63,569 nt of DNA from Candidatus Aminicenantales bacterium. GTDB lineage: Bacteria > Acidobacteriota > Aminicenantia > Aminicenantales > Saccharicenantaceae. Positions 56,101 to 63,569 of the stretch are shown one piece after another (position 1 is the first letter of the stretch; every line of letters starts with the position of its first letter). Position numbers and translations under genes: made by a program. The stretch lies in the NCBI GenBank assembly GCA_049512315.1, contig JBEKXF010000003.1:124001-187569 (forward strand), read 5' to 3'. Under the pieces are notes generated by a model. That model searched no databases, was not told where the DNA came from, and saw nothing but the letters and a program-made list of their open reading frames with translations.

Positions 56101-58425
56101 ATGAAATCCCATAAATTCCTGTTCTTGGCCGCGGCCGGGATCGTCATCGCCGGAGCCGCCGCGGCCTACTTTTTGTTTTTCCCCAGGGGGGCGGACTTCG
56201 CCTCGCTCAGGAAGGGCCGGGATCTCAACGTTATCCTCATCACCCTGGACACGGCCCGTGCCGACGGACTGGCCTGCTACGGATGCAAGGACGTCCAGAC
56301 GCCGACGATCGACGGGTTTGCCGCCCGGGGCGTCAGGTTCGAGAGGTGCTACGCCCAGACACCGCTGACGCTTCCCTCCCACACGACTCTCATGACCGGA
56401 ACCCTGCCCCTTTTTCACGGGGTCAGGGACAACGGCGGGTTCCTCGTTCCGCAGAAGCTGGTCACGATGGCCGAGCTTTTCAAGGATAAGGGCTATGAAA
56501 CCGGGGCCTTCATCGCGGCCTACGTCCTGGATTCCAAGTGGGGCCTGAACCAGGGATTCGACACCTACTTTGACAAGTTCGACCTGAACAAGTTCCAGAG
56601 GGTTTCGTTGGAGACGGTCCAGAGGCCGGCCAACGAGGTCATGGACGAGGCCCTACCCTGGCTGGAGAAAAAGAAGGACAAGAAGTTCTTCGCCTGGATC
56701 CATCTCTACGACCCGCATTCCCCTTATGAGCCCCCGCCGCCTTACGACAAGCAGTACGCCGCCCATCCTTATCTCGGGGAGATCGCCTTCGCCGACTCTC
56801 AGCTCCACCGGCTCTGGCAGTTTCTCGAAACGAACAACCTCCTCGGGAATTCCCTCATCGTTTTCGCCGGCGACCACGGCGAGAGCCTCGGCGAGCACGA
56901 GGAGAAAACTCACGGCTTCTTCGTCTATCAGGCGGACATCCATGTCCCGCTCATTATCGTCACGCCTTTCCCGAAGCTCCAGGGGATCGTCTCTCCCGAG
57001 GTCGGGGGCCTGGTCGACGTCCTGCCGACGGTCTGCGAAATGGCCGGGCTTCCCATCCCGGGCGAGGTCCAGGGAAAAAGCCTGGTACCGGCCTTCTATG
57101 GCCGCCGCCGCACAGGGCCCTCCCTGGTCTACAGCGAAACCTACTACCCCCGGTTCCACTTCGGCTGGTCGGACCTCAAAAGCGTCCAGAACGCACGTTA
57201 TAAGCTGATCCTGGCCCCGGTGCCCGAGCTTTATGACATCGCCACCGACCCCCGCGAAGAAAAAAACCTCGTCAATCTCCAAAAAAAGGTCTATGAGGAC
57301 TTGAACGCCGAGGCCGAGGCCTTCATCCAGAAGTCGAGCCGGAACGCCTACGAGATGGATACTTCAAGGGTCGACCAGGAGACTCGGGAGAAGCTGTCCG
57401 CTCTCGGCTACGTCGGTTCGTTCACGGACCCGGCCAAGCTCAGGGGAAAGACACTGGCCAACCCCAAAGAGAAGATCGCCGTTTTCAACGAGCTCTCCCG
57501 GGCCCGGGAAATTGGCATAAACGGGAAACCCGACGAGGCGATCAAGGTCATCCAGGGGATCATCGCCACCGACCCGGACATCACCGACGCCTACTTCTCG
57601 ATCGGGAGCCTCTACGTCCAGGAGCGGAAATACGGGGAGGCCATCGATTATTTCAAGCAGGTCCTGGACCGGAAGCCGGACGAGACCTTCGCGGCCCTCA
57701 ATATCACGCGTTCCTACGAGAGGATGGGAAAGCTCGAGGAGGCGGAACATTTCGCCCTGGATTATCTGCAGAAGGGCTTCGAGGAGCCCCAGCTTTATTT
57801 CATGCTCGGGAACATGAATTTTCTCCAGAAAAAGTACGACCAGGCCATCCCCTATTACGAAAAGTGCCTCTCGCTCAACACCGAATCCGCCGGCTCGTGC
57901 GACACCCTCGCCGCGATCTACATCGTCAAGGGCGACCTGACCCGGGCCGAGGAGTATCTCCGGAAAGCGCTCGAGCTCGATCCCCGGCTCGCAAACGTCC
58001 ATTACAGGATCGGTTGGATCGCCGAAAAGCAGGGCCGGCTCCAGGAGGCGGAAGCCGAATACGTGAATGAACTCCAAATCTCTCCCCAGCACTTCAAGGC
58101 CCTATACAACCTGGCCCGGGTTTACCAGACGACCGGAAACATCGAAAAGGAGCTGGAGACCCTGAAGAGGTGCCTGGAGGCCGACCCGAAATTCTCCCTG
58201 ACCTACTTCTACCTCGCCCGGCTCTACCTCATCCGGGGCGAACGCACCCAGGAGGCCATCGACTTCGTCAAGAAGGGCATCGACCTCAACCCCGAGGCAT
58301 CCGAGTTGCCCCTCGGCTACTTCCTTCTGGCCGACCTCTACAAGCGCGTCGGAGACAACGTCCGGTCACGGGAATGCGCGGAGAAGGGCCAGGCCCTGGC
58401 CGCGGCGCTCAAAAAGGGCAAGTAA
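56101..58425 (+). CDS. Membrane-anchored sulfatase-like hydrolase/transferase with C-terminal TPRs (paralog 2)
   Basis: NVILITLDTARAD, PLTLPSHTTLMTG, HLYDPHSPY, GDHGE, LSALGY; collinear with paralog 1 (774 vs 775 aa). Confidence 0.9.
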   Translation: MKSHKFLFLAAAGIVIAGAAAAYFLFFPRGADFASLRKGRDLNVILITLDTARADGLACYGCKDVQTPTIDGFAARGVRFERCYAQTPLTLPSHTTLMTGTLPLFHGVRDNGGFLVPQKLVTMAELFKDKGYETGAFIAAYVLDSKWGLNQGFDTYFDKFDLNKFQRVSLETVQRPANEVMDEALPWLEKKKDKKFFAWIHLYDPHSPYEPPPPYDKQYAAHPYLGEIAFADSQLHRLWQFLETNNLLGNSLIVFAGDHGESLGEHEEKTHGFFVYQADIHVPLIIVTPFPKLQGIVSPEVGGLVDVLPTVCEMAGLPIPGEVQGKSLVPAFYGRRRTGPSLVYSETYYPRFHFGWSDLKSVQNARYKLILAPVPELYDIATDPREEKNLVNLQKKVYEDLNAEAEAFIQKSSRNAYEMDTSRVDQETREKLSALGYVGSFTDPAKLRGKTLANPKEKIAVFNELSRAREIGINGKPDEAIKVIQGIIATDPDITDAYFSIGSLYVQERKYGEAIDYFKQVLDRKPDETFAALNITRSYERMGKLEEAEHFALDYLQKGFEEPQLYFMLGNMNFLQKKYDQAIPYYEKCLSLNTESAGSCDTLAAIYIVKGDLTRAEEYLRKALELDPRLANVHYRIGWIAEKQGRLQEAEAEYVNELQISPQHFKALYNLARVYQTTGNIEKELETLKRCLEADPKFSLTYFYLARLYLIRGERTQEAIDFVKKGIDLNPEASELPLGYFLLADLYKRVGDNVRSRECAEKGQALAAALKKGK

Positions 58426-58532
58426 TTCCCGCCCCGCGGCGCCGCGGAGCGCCTCCCGCTGCTCTTTTTCGCCGCTTGTCAAGAAAAAAAATTTCCGCGA
58501 ACGGATCATCAAAAAAATCAGGCCGAAAGCGC

Positions 58533-58561
58533 TTGCATTCGCCGCCGGCTCGTTCTAAACT
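58533..58561 (+). promoter_or_regulatory. sigma70-type promoter for the endoQ gene
   Basis: TTGCAT-N17-TAAACT. Confidence 0.5.
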
Positions 58562-58574
58562 GAAAATCCCGGTC

Positions 58575-59870
58575 ATGAGATTCACCGCTGACCTGCATAT
58601 ACACTCAAAATTTTCGAGGGCCACGTCGCGCGACATGGTCCTCGACACCCTCGCGTATTGGGCTAAGGCCAAGGGTATCCGGCTCCTCGCCACCGGCGAC
58701 TTCACCCACCCGGAATGGCTCTTCCTGATGAAGGCCAAGCTCAAGCCCTCGGGGAACGGCTTCTTCGAGTTCAAGAACGGCGTGCAGGCGCCCGAGGACC
58801 CGTATCTCAAGGGCCTCTCCTTCTCGCCCAAAGACGTCTCCTTCATCCTCTCGACGGAGCTGAGCTTCATCTACTCGAAGGCGGGCAAGGTCCGGAAGAT
58901 CCACGTCATGCTCCTCGCCCCGGACTTCGAATCGGTCGAGCGGATCAACGGCCGGCTGTCCGCGATCGGCAACCTGAGGTCTGACGGCCGGCCCATCCTC
59001 GGCCTCGACGTCCGGCTCTTCAGCCGGATGGTCGCCGAAACCTGCCCGCGATGCGTCATCATCCCCTCCCACATCTGGACGCCCTGGTTCTCCCTCTTCG
59101 GCGCCAACTCGGGCTTCGACTCGATCGAAGAGTGCTTCGAGGAGATGACGCCCACGATCTTCGCCCTGGAGACCGGGTTGTCCTCCGACCCCCCCATGAA
59201 CTGGCGGCTGTCCGCCCTCGACCGGTTTGCCCTCGTCTCCAACTCCGACGCCCACTCTCCGAGCAAGATCGGGCGGGAAGCCAACGTCTTCGACACGGAA
59301 TTCAGTTACCGCGGCCTCCTGGATGCGCTCCGCAGCAAGGACCCCGCGAAGTTCCTCCACACCTTGGAATTCTTCCCGGAAGAGGGGAAATACCATTACG
59401 ACGGCCACCGGAAATGCGGCGTCGTCCTCTCGCCGCGGGAGAGCCTGACGACGAACGACCTCTGTCCGAAGTGCGGCAAGCGCCTGACCATCGGCGTCCT
59501 CCACCGCGTCGAGGAGCTCGCCGACCGGGAGAGCGGCGAGGAGCTTCCGGGCCGGATCCCTTTCAAGAGCCTCATCCCTCTCAACGAGGTCATCGCCGAG
59601 GCCCTCGGAAAGACGTCCGAATCCCAGGGGGTCTGGGACCTCTACTTCAAGCTTGTCCGCGAGTTCGGGAGCGAGCTCAAGGTCCTCGTCGATGTCCCCG
59701 TGTCCGACCTCGCTCGGTCCGGCCCGGAAAGGGTCGCCGCCGCCATCGACCGGATGAGGCAGGGCCGGGTCAAGATCGTCCCGGGACACGACGGCGAGTA
59801 CGGCGTCATCAGCCTCTTCGGCGAAGAGCAGGCCGAAGAGCAGGCCGCCGGCCAGCTGACCCTATTCTGA
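58575..59870 (+). CDS. Endonuclease Q family protein (PHP domain plus zinc finger; YqxK-like)
   Basis: ADLHIHSKFSRATS, TGDFTHP.W, PSHIWTPW, ETGLSSD, SNSDAHS...IGRE, GKYH.DGHR.C...CPKCG....GV..RV; ATG 58575. Confidence 0.9.
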   Translation: MRFTADLHIHSKFSRATSRDMVLDTLAYWAKAKGIRLLATGDFTHPEWLFLMKAKLKPSGNGFFEFKNGVQAPEDPYLKGLSFSPKDVSFILSTELSFIYSKAGKVRKIHVMLLAPDFESVERINGRLSAIGNLRSDGRPILGLDVRLFSRMVAETCPRCVIIPSHIWTPWFSLFGANSGFDSIEECFEEMTPTIFALETGLSSDPPMNWRLSALDRFALVSNSDAHSPSKIGREANVFDTEFSYRGLLDALRSKDPAKFLHTLEFFPEEGKYHYDGHRKCGVVLSPRESLTTNDLCPKCGKRLTIGVLHRVEELADRESGEELPGRIPFKSLIPLNEVIAEALGKTSESQGVWDLYFKLVREFGSELKVLVDVPVSDLARSGPERVAAAIDRMRQGRVKIVPGHDGEYGVISLFGEEQAEEQAAGQLTLF

Positions 59871-59892
59871 GCGTTTCTTCTGAGAGCGCGGA

Positions 59893-60085
59893 CGCAGGGG
59901 GGATGTCCCGGAGAAAACATTGAGCGCGACGCGGGCACGGTTCCCCGAGCGCAGCGAGAGGAGAGCGGAGCGATCACAGAGTGGGATTCCTCGCTGGGGA
60001 ATCCCGCGCTTTTCGGAGGGGCTCCCTCCGAGTCCGCAACCTTAAAAAGAAGAGACGTGAGAGATGGACGAAAAACCGTGATCTG
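59893..60085. repeat. Dispersed ~200 bp structured intergenic repeat, copy 2
   Basis: Three collinear blocks shared with 7668-7866; flanked by the GCGGAC...GTCCGC inverted repeat. Confidence 0.6.
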
Positions 60086-60121
60086 CGCGCAGGACTCCCG
60101 CCGGAAGCCGCTCGCCTTTTC

Positions 60122-60150
60122 TTGACAACCCCTGCCCCGCCCCCTATATT
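60122..60150 (+). promoter_or_regulatory. sigma70 promoter for the DUF151 gene
   Basis: TTGACA-N17-TATATT. Confidence 0.7.
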
Positions 60151-60170
60151 AATAGGGAGCAGAGAGTTTC

Positions 60171-60656
60171 ATGGAAATCGAAATGAAGGTCAAGGGTCTC
60201 GTCGTGGACCCGATCTCCAAGATGCCCATCGTCGTCCTGGAGGACCCTCACAATGAGCAGATCCTCCCCATCTGGATCGGCGTCTTCGAGGCCAATGCCA
60301 TCGCCCTGACCATCGAGAACGTCCCGACGCCCCGCCCCATGACCCACGACCTCCTCAAGAGTTTCCTGGAGAAGCTCGGCATCGCCATCGAAAAGATCGT
60401 CGTCAACGACGTCCGCAACAACACGTTCTACGCCCTCATCCACTGCCGCCAGGAAGAGCGGGCCATCATTATCGATTCCCGGCCCTCCGACGCCATCGCC
60501 CTGGCCCTCCGCATGAGCTCGCCGATCTTCGTCGAGGACGACGTCGTCCGCAAGGCCCACAACCTGAAGTTCGAGGATAACCTGGACGCGTCGGAAAAGC
60601 TCAGGAGATGGCTCGAAGGCCTCGGCCCCGAGGACTTCGGCAAGTACAAGATGTGA
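60171..60656 (+). CDS. Bifunctional nuclease family (DUF151) protein
   Basis: PIVVL...LPIWIG..EA.AI, RPMTHDLL, FYA.I, DSRPSDAIALALR. Confidence 0.93.
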   Translation: MEIEMKVKGLVVDPISKMPIVVLEDPHNEQILPIWIGVFEANAIALTIENVPTPRPMTHDLLKSFLEKLGIAIEKIVVNDVRNNTFYALIHCRQEERAIIIDSRPSDAIALALRMSSPIFVEDDVVRKAHNLKFEDNLDASEKLRRWLEGLGPEDFGKYKM

Positions 60657-60677
60657 CAAGGTCCCGAGCCCGAGGGA

Positions 60678-63041
60678 TCAGGTCCTGAGCCTGAAGAGAA
60701 GGAAAAGCCCCGCCAGCCCGAAGATGAGGTTCGCCCCCCACGCCGCGAGAAAGGGCGACAGGACACCCGTGTAGCCGAGGCTCCTCGACACGGCAAACGC
60801 TCCCCAATAGGCGGCGGCGAGAACGACGCCCAGGCCCATCCCCGCGAGGGCCCCTTTTTTCCCCATGGAAAAGGCGAAGGGGATGGCCAGGACCGTCATG
60901 ACCAGGCTGACCAGGGGGAAGGCAATTTTGGCCCTCAGGTCCACCGTGAGGCGGGTCGCCTCGAATCCCGTGGCCCGGACTTCCGAAGCGTATTCCCGGA
61001 GCTCCTCATACGTCATCTGCTGGGGCTCCTTCCATTCCCGGACGAAGGCGGCCCGTCCTTCAGAGGCCGGGAGCTTCCAGCTTTCCATCACGGCGAACGG
61101 GACGGCCGCCGCGCCCGTGAAATCCCTGAGCCAGCCGTTGCGGAGCTCGAAGCCGCCCGCCCCGAGCGAAGCTTTTTCCGCGTAGACCCTCCTGGCGAGG
61201 GTCCAGCGCCCCGTGTCGATATCGAAAACCGACAGCCGGATGAAACCCGAGGAGGCGGGTTCGAAATATTCATAGTGGTAGATCCGGTCTTTTTCCCGAC
61301 CCAAGACCCAGTGCCGGCCGAACGAGCTGTATCTCCGGGCCGGCACCTCGTTGATCCTGTTCCATATCTCTTCGGCCCTGATCCCCGCCGCGGGCGCCAA
61401 CCGCTCCTGAACCAGGAAGGCCGCCCCGCTCACGGCGGCAGACAGGACGAGAACCGGCACGATGGTCCGGTAGAGGCTGATCCCCGAGGCCTTCATGGCC
61501 GTGATCTCATTCGTCCTGACCAGGAGGCCGAGGGCGAGGAGGGTCGTGGTCAGGGCCGCGGCCGGGAGGACGGCGGCCAGGAATTCGGGGATCCTGAACC
61601 AGACGTGCTGGAGGAGCAGCCCGATCGGCTTGGCGTGCCGGTGAACGGCATCGAGCCGCTCGAAGAAGGCGACGATGACTGACGCTCCCAGAAGCCCCGT
61701 CAGCGCGAACCCCATGATCGCGAGGTACTTGCGGGCGATATAGCGGTCGAGGAGGTTGGGAAACCGGAAGGGCAGCCGTGGCAGGCGCCTCGCTTTCGGC
61801 CCCGGGCGGGGACCGGGGAGAGACGCGAGCTTTTTCCGGAGGGCGCCGGACAGGCGGGCCAGGGCGTCCGTGTCCCTCTCGAACCGGACGAACAGGAGCA
61901 GGCCGGCCGCGGCCAGGAGGATGTCGGGCCCCCACATGCCGAGGAAGGGGGTGATCTTGCCGTCAATGGCCAGCTTCTCGCCGGCCGTGATCAGGACGTA
62001 ATAAAGGAGGATAATTGCCATGCTCAGGGACAGCCCGCCCGTCCGGCCGCCGCGTCCAGTCATGAGGCCCAGGGGAAGCCCCAGGAGGACGAAAATAAAG
62101 CAAACAAGAGGGAGCGAGAACTTCTTGTGGATCTCGACCCAGTGGGCCCGGAGATCCCGGCGTTTCTGGGCGACGCGGAATGATCCGGCCCCGGGCGCGG
62201 CGCCCTCACGGCCTTCTTTTTCCAGCGCGGCGAGCTCGCCTCCGATCGCCCTCGCGTCCCGGACAAGCTCACCGATGTCCTTCTCACGGACCCTCTTCTC
62301 ACTCGACAACGTGGGGAACAGCCTCTCGACGTCGATCTCTTCCTCGAAGCGGGCGAAGGAGGTGACGCTGTAGGTCTGGGGCTCCGCGAGGGGGCCGGAA
62401 TGAAGGACGCCGTCCGTGAGCTCCAGCGTCGCCCGCTTGCTCCCGGGGAAAAGATTGATCCGCCCCTTACGGGCCATGACCACCCGGGGGGCGCGGGGGT
62501 CCTTGTTCAGGTAGGCGAAAACGTTCTCCCATTGCTTGTCCGGGCCGGTCCCCTCAACGAAGAGGACCGCGTTCGGAACGGACTCGCTGAACTCGAGCGG
62601 GTTGACCCGGAGCGTCGCCCGGGCCAGGACGGAGCTTGTCATGTCCTGGACCCACCGAAAGTTGGCCCGGGGAGCCAGGACGAGCGTCAGGGCTGACGTG
62701 ACCAGCCAGCCGCCCAGAGCAAAGAAAAGGAGCGGCCGGATGAGCCTCCGCGACCCGATCCCGAGCGTCCGGAAGGCGACGATCTCGGAGTCGGCAGACA
62801 GGCGGGCCAGGCCGCCCATGATGCCCGCCAAAACGGCCATGGGGACGGCGAAGGCAAGAAGCGACGGGACGAGGAACACGAACATCCGGGCCGCGACGCC
62901 GGCCGGTACCCCCCTGTCAATGAAAAGCTCGGCCAGAACGAGGACCTGGTTCATGAGGAGGACGAAGGCCGTGACGAGGAGGCCGATGAGGAAGGGGGGG
63001 AAGACCTCTCTGAGGATGTACCGGTCGAAGATCTTCAGCAT
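60678..63041 (-). CDS. Fused LptF-LptG lipopolysaccharide export permease
   Basis: Two YjgP/YjgQ repeats: FDRYI...RLSADSEIVAFRTLGI and LDRYI...RTNEITAMKASGISL; ends LAAWGANLIF. Confidence 0.9.
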   Translation of the reverse strand: MLKIFDRYILREVFPPFLIGLLVTAFVLLMNQVLVLAELFIDRGVPAGVAARMFVFLVPSLLAFAVPMAVLAGIMGGLARLSADSEIVAFRTLGIGSRRLIRPLLFFALGGWLVTSALTLVLAPRANFRWVQDMTSSVLARATLRVNPLEFSESVPNAVLFVEGTGPDKQWENVFAYLNKDPRAPRVVMARKGRINLFPGSKRATLELTDGVLHSGPLAEPQTYSVTSFARFEEEIDVERLFPTLSSEKRVREKDIGELVRDARAIGGELAALEKEGREGAAPGAGSFRVAQKRRDLRAHWVEIHKKFSLPLVCFIFVLLGLPLGLMTGRGGRTGGLSLSMAIILLYYVLITAGEKLAIDGKITPFLGMWGPDILLAAAGLLLFVRFERDTDALARLSGALRKKLASLPGPRPGPKARRLPRLPFRFPNLLDRYIARKYLAIMGFALTGLLGASVIVAFFERLDAVHRHAKPIGLLLQHVWFRIPEFLAAVLPAAALTTTLLALGLLVRTNEITAMKASGISLYRTIVPVLVLSAAVSGAAFLVQERLAPAAGIRAEEIWNRINEVPARRYSSFGRHWVLGREKDRIYHYEYFEPASSGFIRLSVFDIDTGRWTLARRVYAEKASLGAGGFELRNGWLRDFTGAAAVPFAVMESWKLPASEGRAAFVREWKEPQQMTYEELREYASEVRATGFEATRLTVDLRAKIAFPLVSLVMTVLAIPFAFSMGKKGALAGMGLGVVLAAAYWGAFAVSRSLGYTGVLSPFLAAWGANLIFGLAGLFLLFRLRT

Positions 63042-63085
63042 GGACCGCCGCGCCTCAATATATCATAAGAAGGGCTCAAACCCAT

Positions 63086-63119
63086 AAAAAAAGCCCCGGG
63101 CGGGGGGCCGCCCGGGGCT
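63086..63119 (-). terminator. Rho-independent terminator of groEL
   Basis: GCCCCGGGCGG / CCGCCCGGGGC stem with A7 on the plus strand (U tract on minus). Confidence 0.88.
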
Positions 63120-63143
63120 CGGGTGCGTTCGCTCGGGGAGCGA

Positions 63144-63569
63144 TCAGTACATATCGCCGGGAGGTGTCGGGTACTTGGAGTGCTTATCTTCTTCGGGGAT
63201 CTCGGCGATCATGGCTTCGGTGGTCAGGAGCAGGCCGGCGATGGAGGTCGCGTTCTGGAGGGCGATCCGGACGACCTTCGTCGGGTCGAGGATGCCCGCC
63301 TTGACCATGTCCTCGTACTTCTCGGACAGGGCGTTGAAGCCGAATTCCGGCTTCATCTCCTTGACCTTCTCGACGACCACGGAGCCTTCGAAGCCGGCGT
63401 TGGTCGCGATCTGGCGCAAGGGCTCTTCGATGGCCCTCTTGACGATATTGACGCCGATCTGCATGTCGCCTTCGAGCTGGAGCTTTTCGAGCACTTTCTG
63501 GGCGCGGAGCAGGGCCACGCCGCCGCCGGGGACGATGCCCTCCTCGACGGCCGCCTTGGTGGCGTGCAT
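63144..63569 (-). CDS. groL: Chaperonin GroEL, C-terminal part (5' end outside the window)
   Basis: [54 protein letters not shown]. Confidence 0.97.
   Translation of the reverse strand: MHATKAAVEEGIVPGGGVALLRAQKVLEKLQLEGDMQIGVNIVKRAIEEPLRQIATNAGFEGSVVVEKVKEMKPEFGFNALSEKYEDMVKAGILDPTKVVRIALQNATSIAGLLLTTEAMIAEIPEEDKHSKYPTPPGDMY

Noticed and set aside
1..63569. CRISPR array, prophage, transposase or defence system
   Set aside because: No regularly spaced repeats, cas, integrase, transposase or phage structural motifs were recognised. EndoQ, RuvX and the DUF151 nuclease are housekeeping-type, and the Thr-nucleophile enzymes have TM anchors and TPRs with no BREX genes nearby, so they are not PglZ.

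Overview
A GC-rich chromosomal segment from a diderm bacterium; LptF/G and TonB-dependent receptors indicate an outer membrane. The GWxTD proteins, Oar-type receptors, sulfatase-like-TPR proteins and fused LptF-LptG suggest Acidobacteriota, possibly Aminicenantia (inference). Most of the window is housekeeping: ffh, rpsP-khpA-rimM-trmD-rplS-rnhB, accB-accC, suhB, miaA-hflX, ppdK, pyrK-pyrD-pyrF, tRNA-Gly and tRNA-Cys, ddl-ruvX-mltG, endoQ, lptFG and the 3' end of groEL. No integrase, transposase, phage gene or CRISPR array was seen. The best candidate for an undescribed system is a ~16.5 kb envelope locus at 41.9-58.4 kb in which all eight genes encode exported or membrane-anchored proteins. 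These are a secreted beta-sandwich protein, two GWxTD-domain proteins, a carboxypeptidase-regulatory-domain/TPR protein, two tandem Oar-type TonB-dependent receptors and two tandem alkaline-phosphatase-superfamily/TPR enzymes. The enzymes have Thr in place of the formylglycine precursor, and two of the genes have consensus sigma54 promoters. Other notable items are an ECF sigma/anti-sigma/mini-secretin triad, an EndoQ ending in a beta-clamp motif, and three small families of dispersed intergenic repeats. All protein calls come from motif recognition by eye; no database searches were run.
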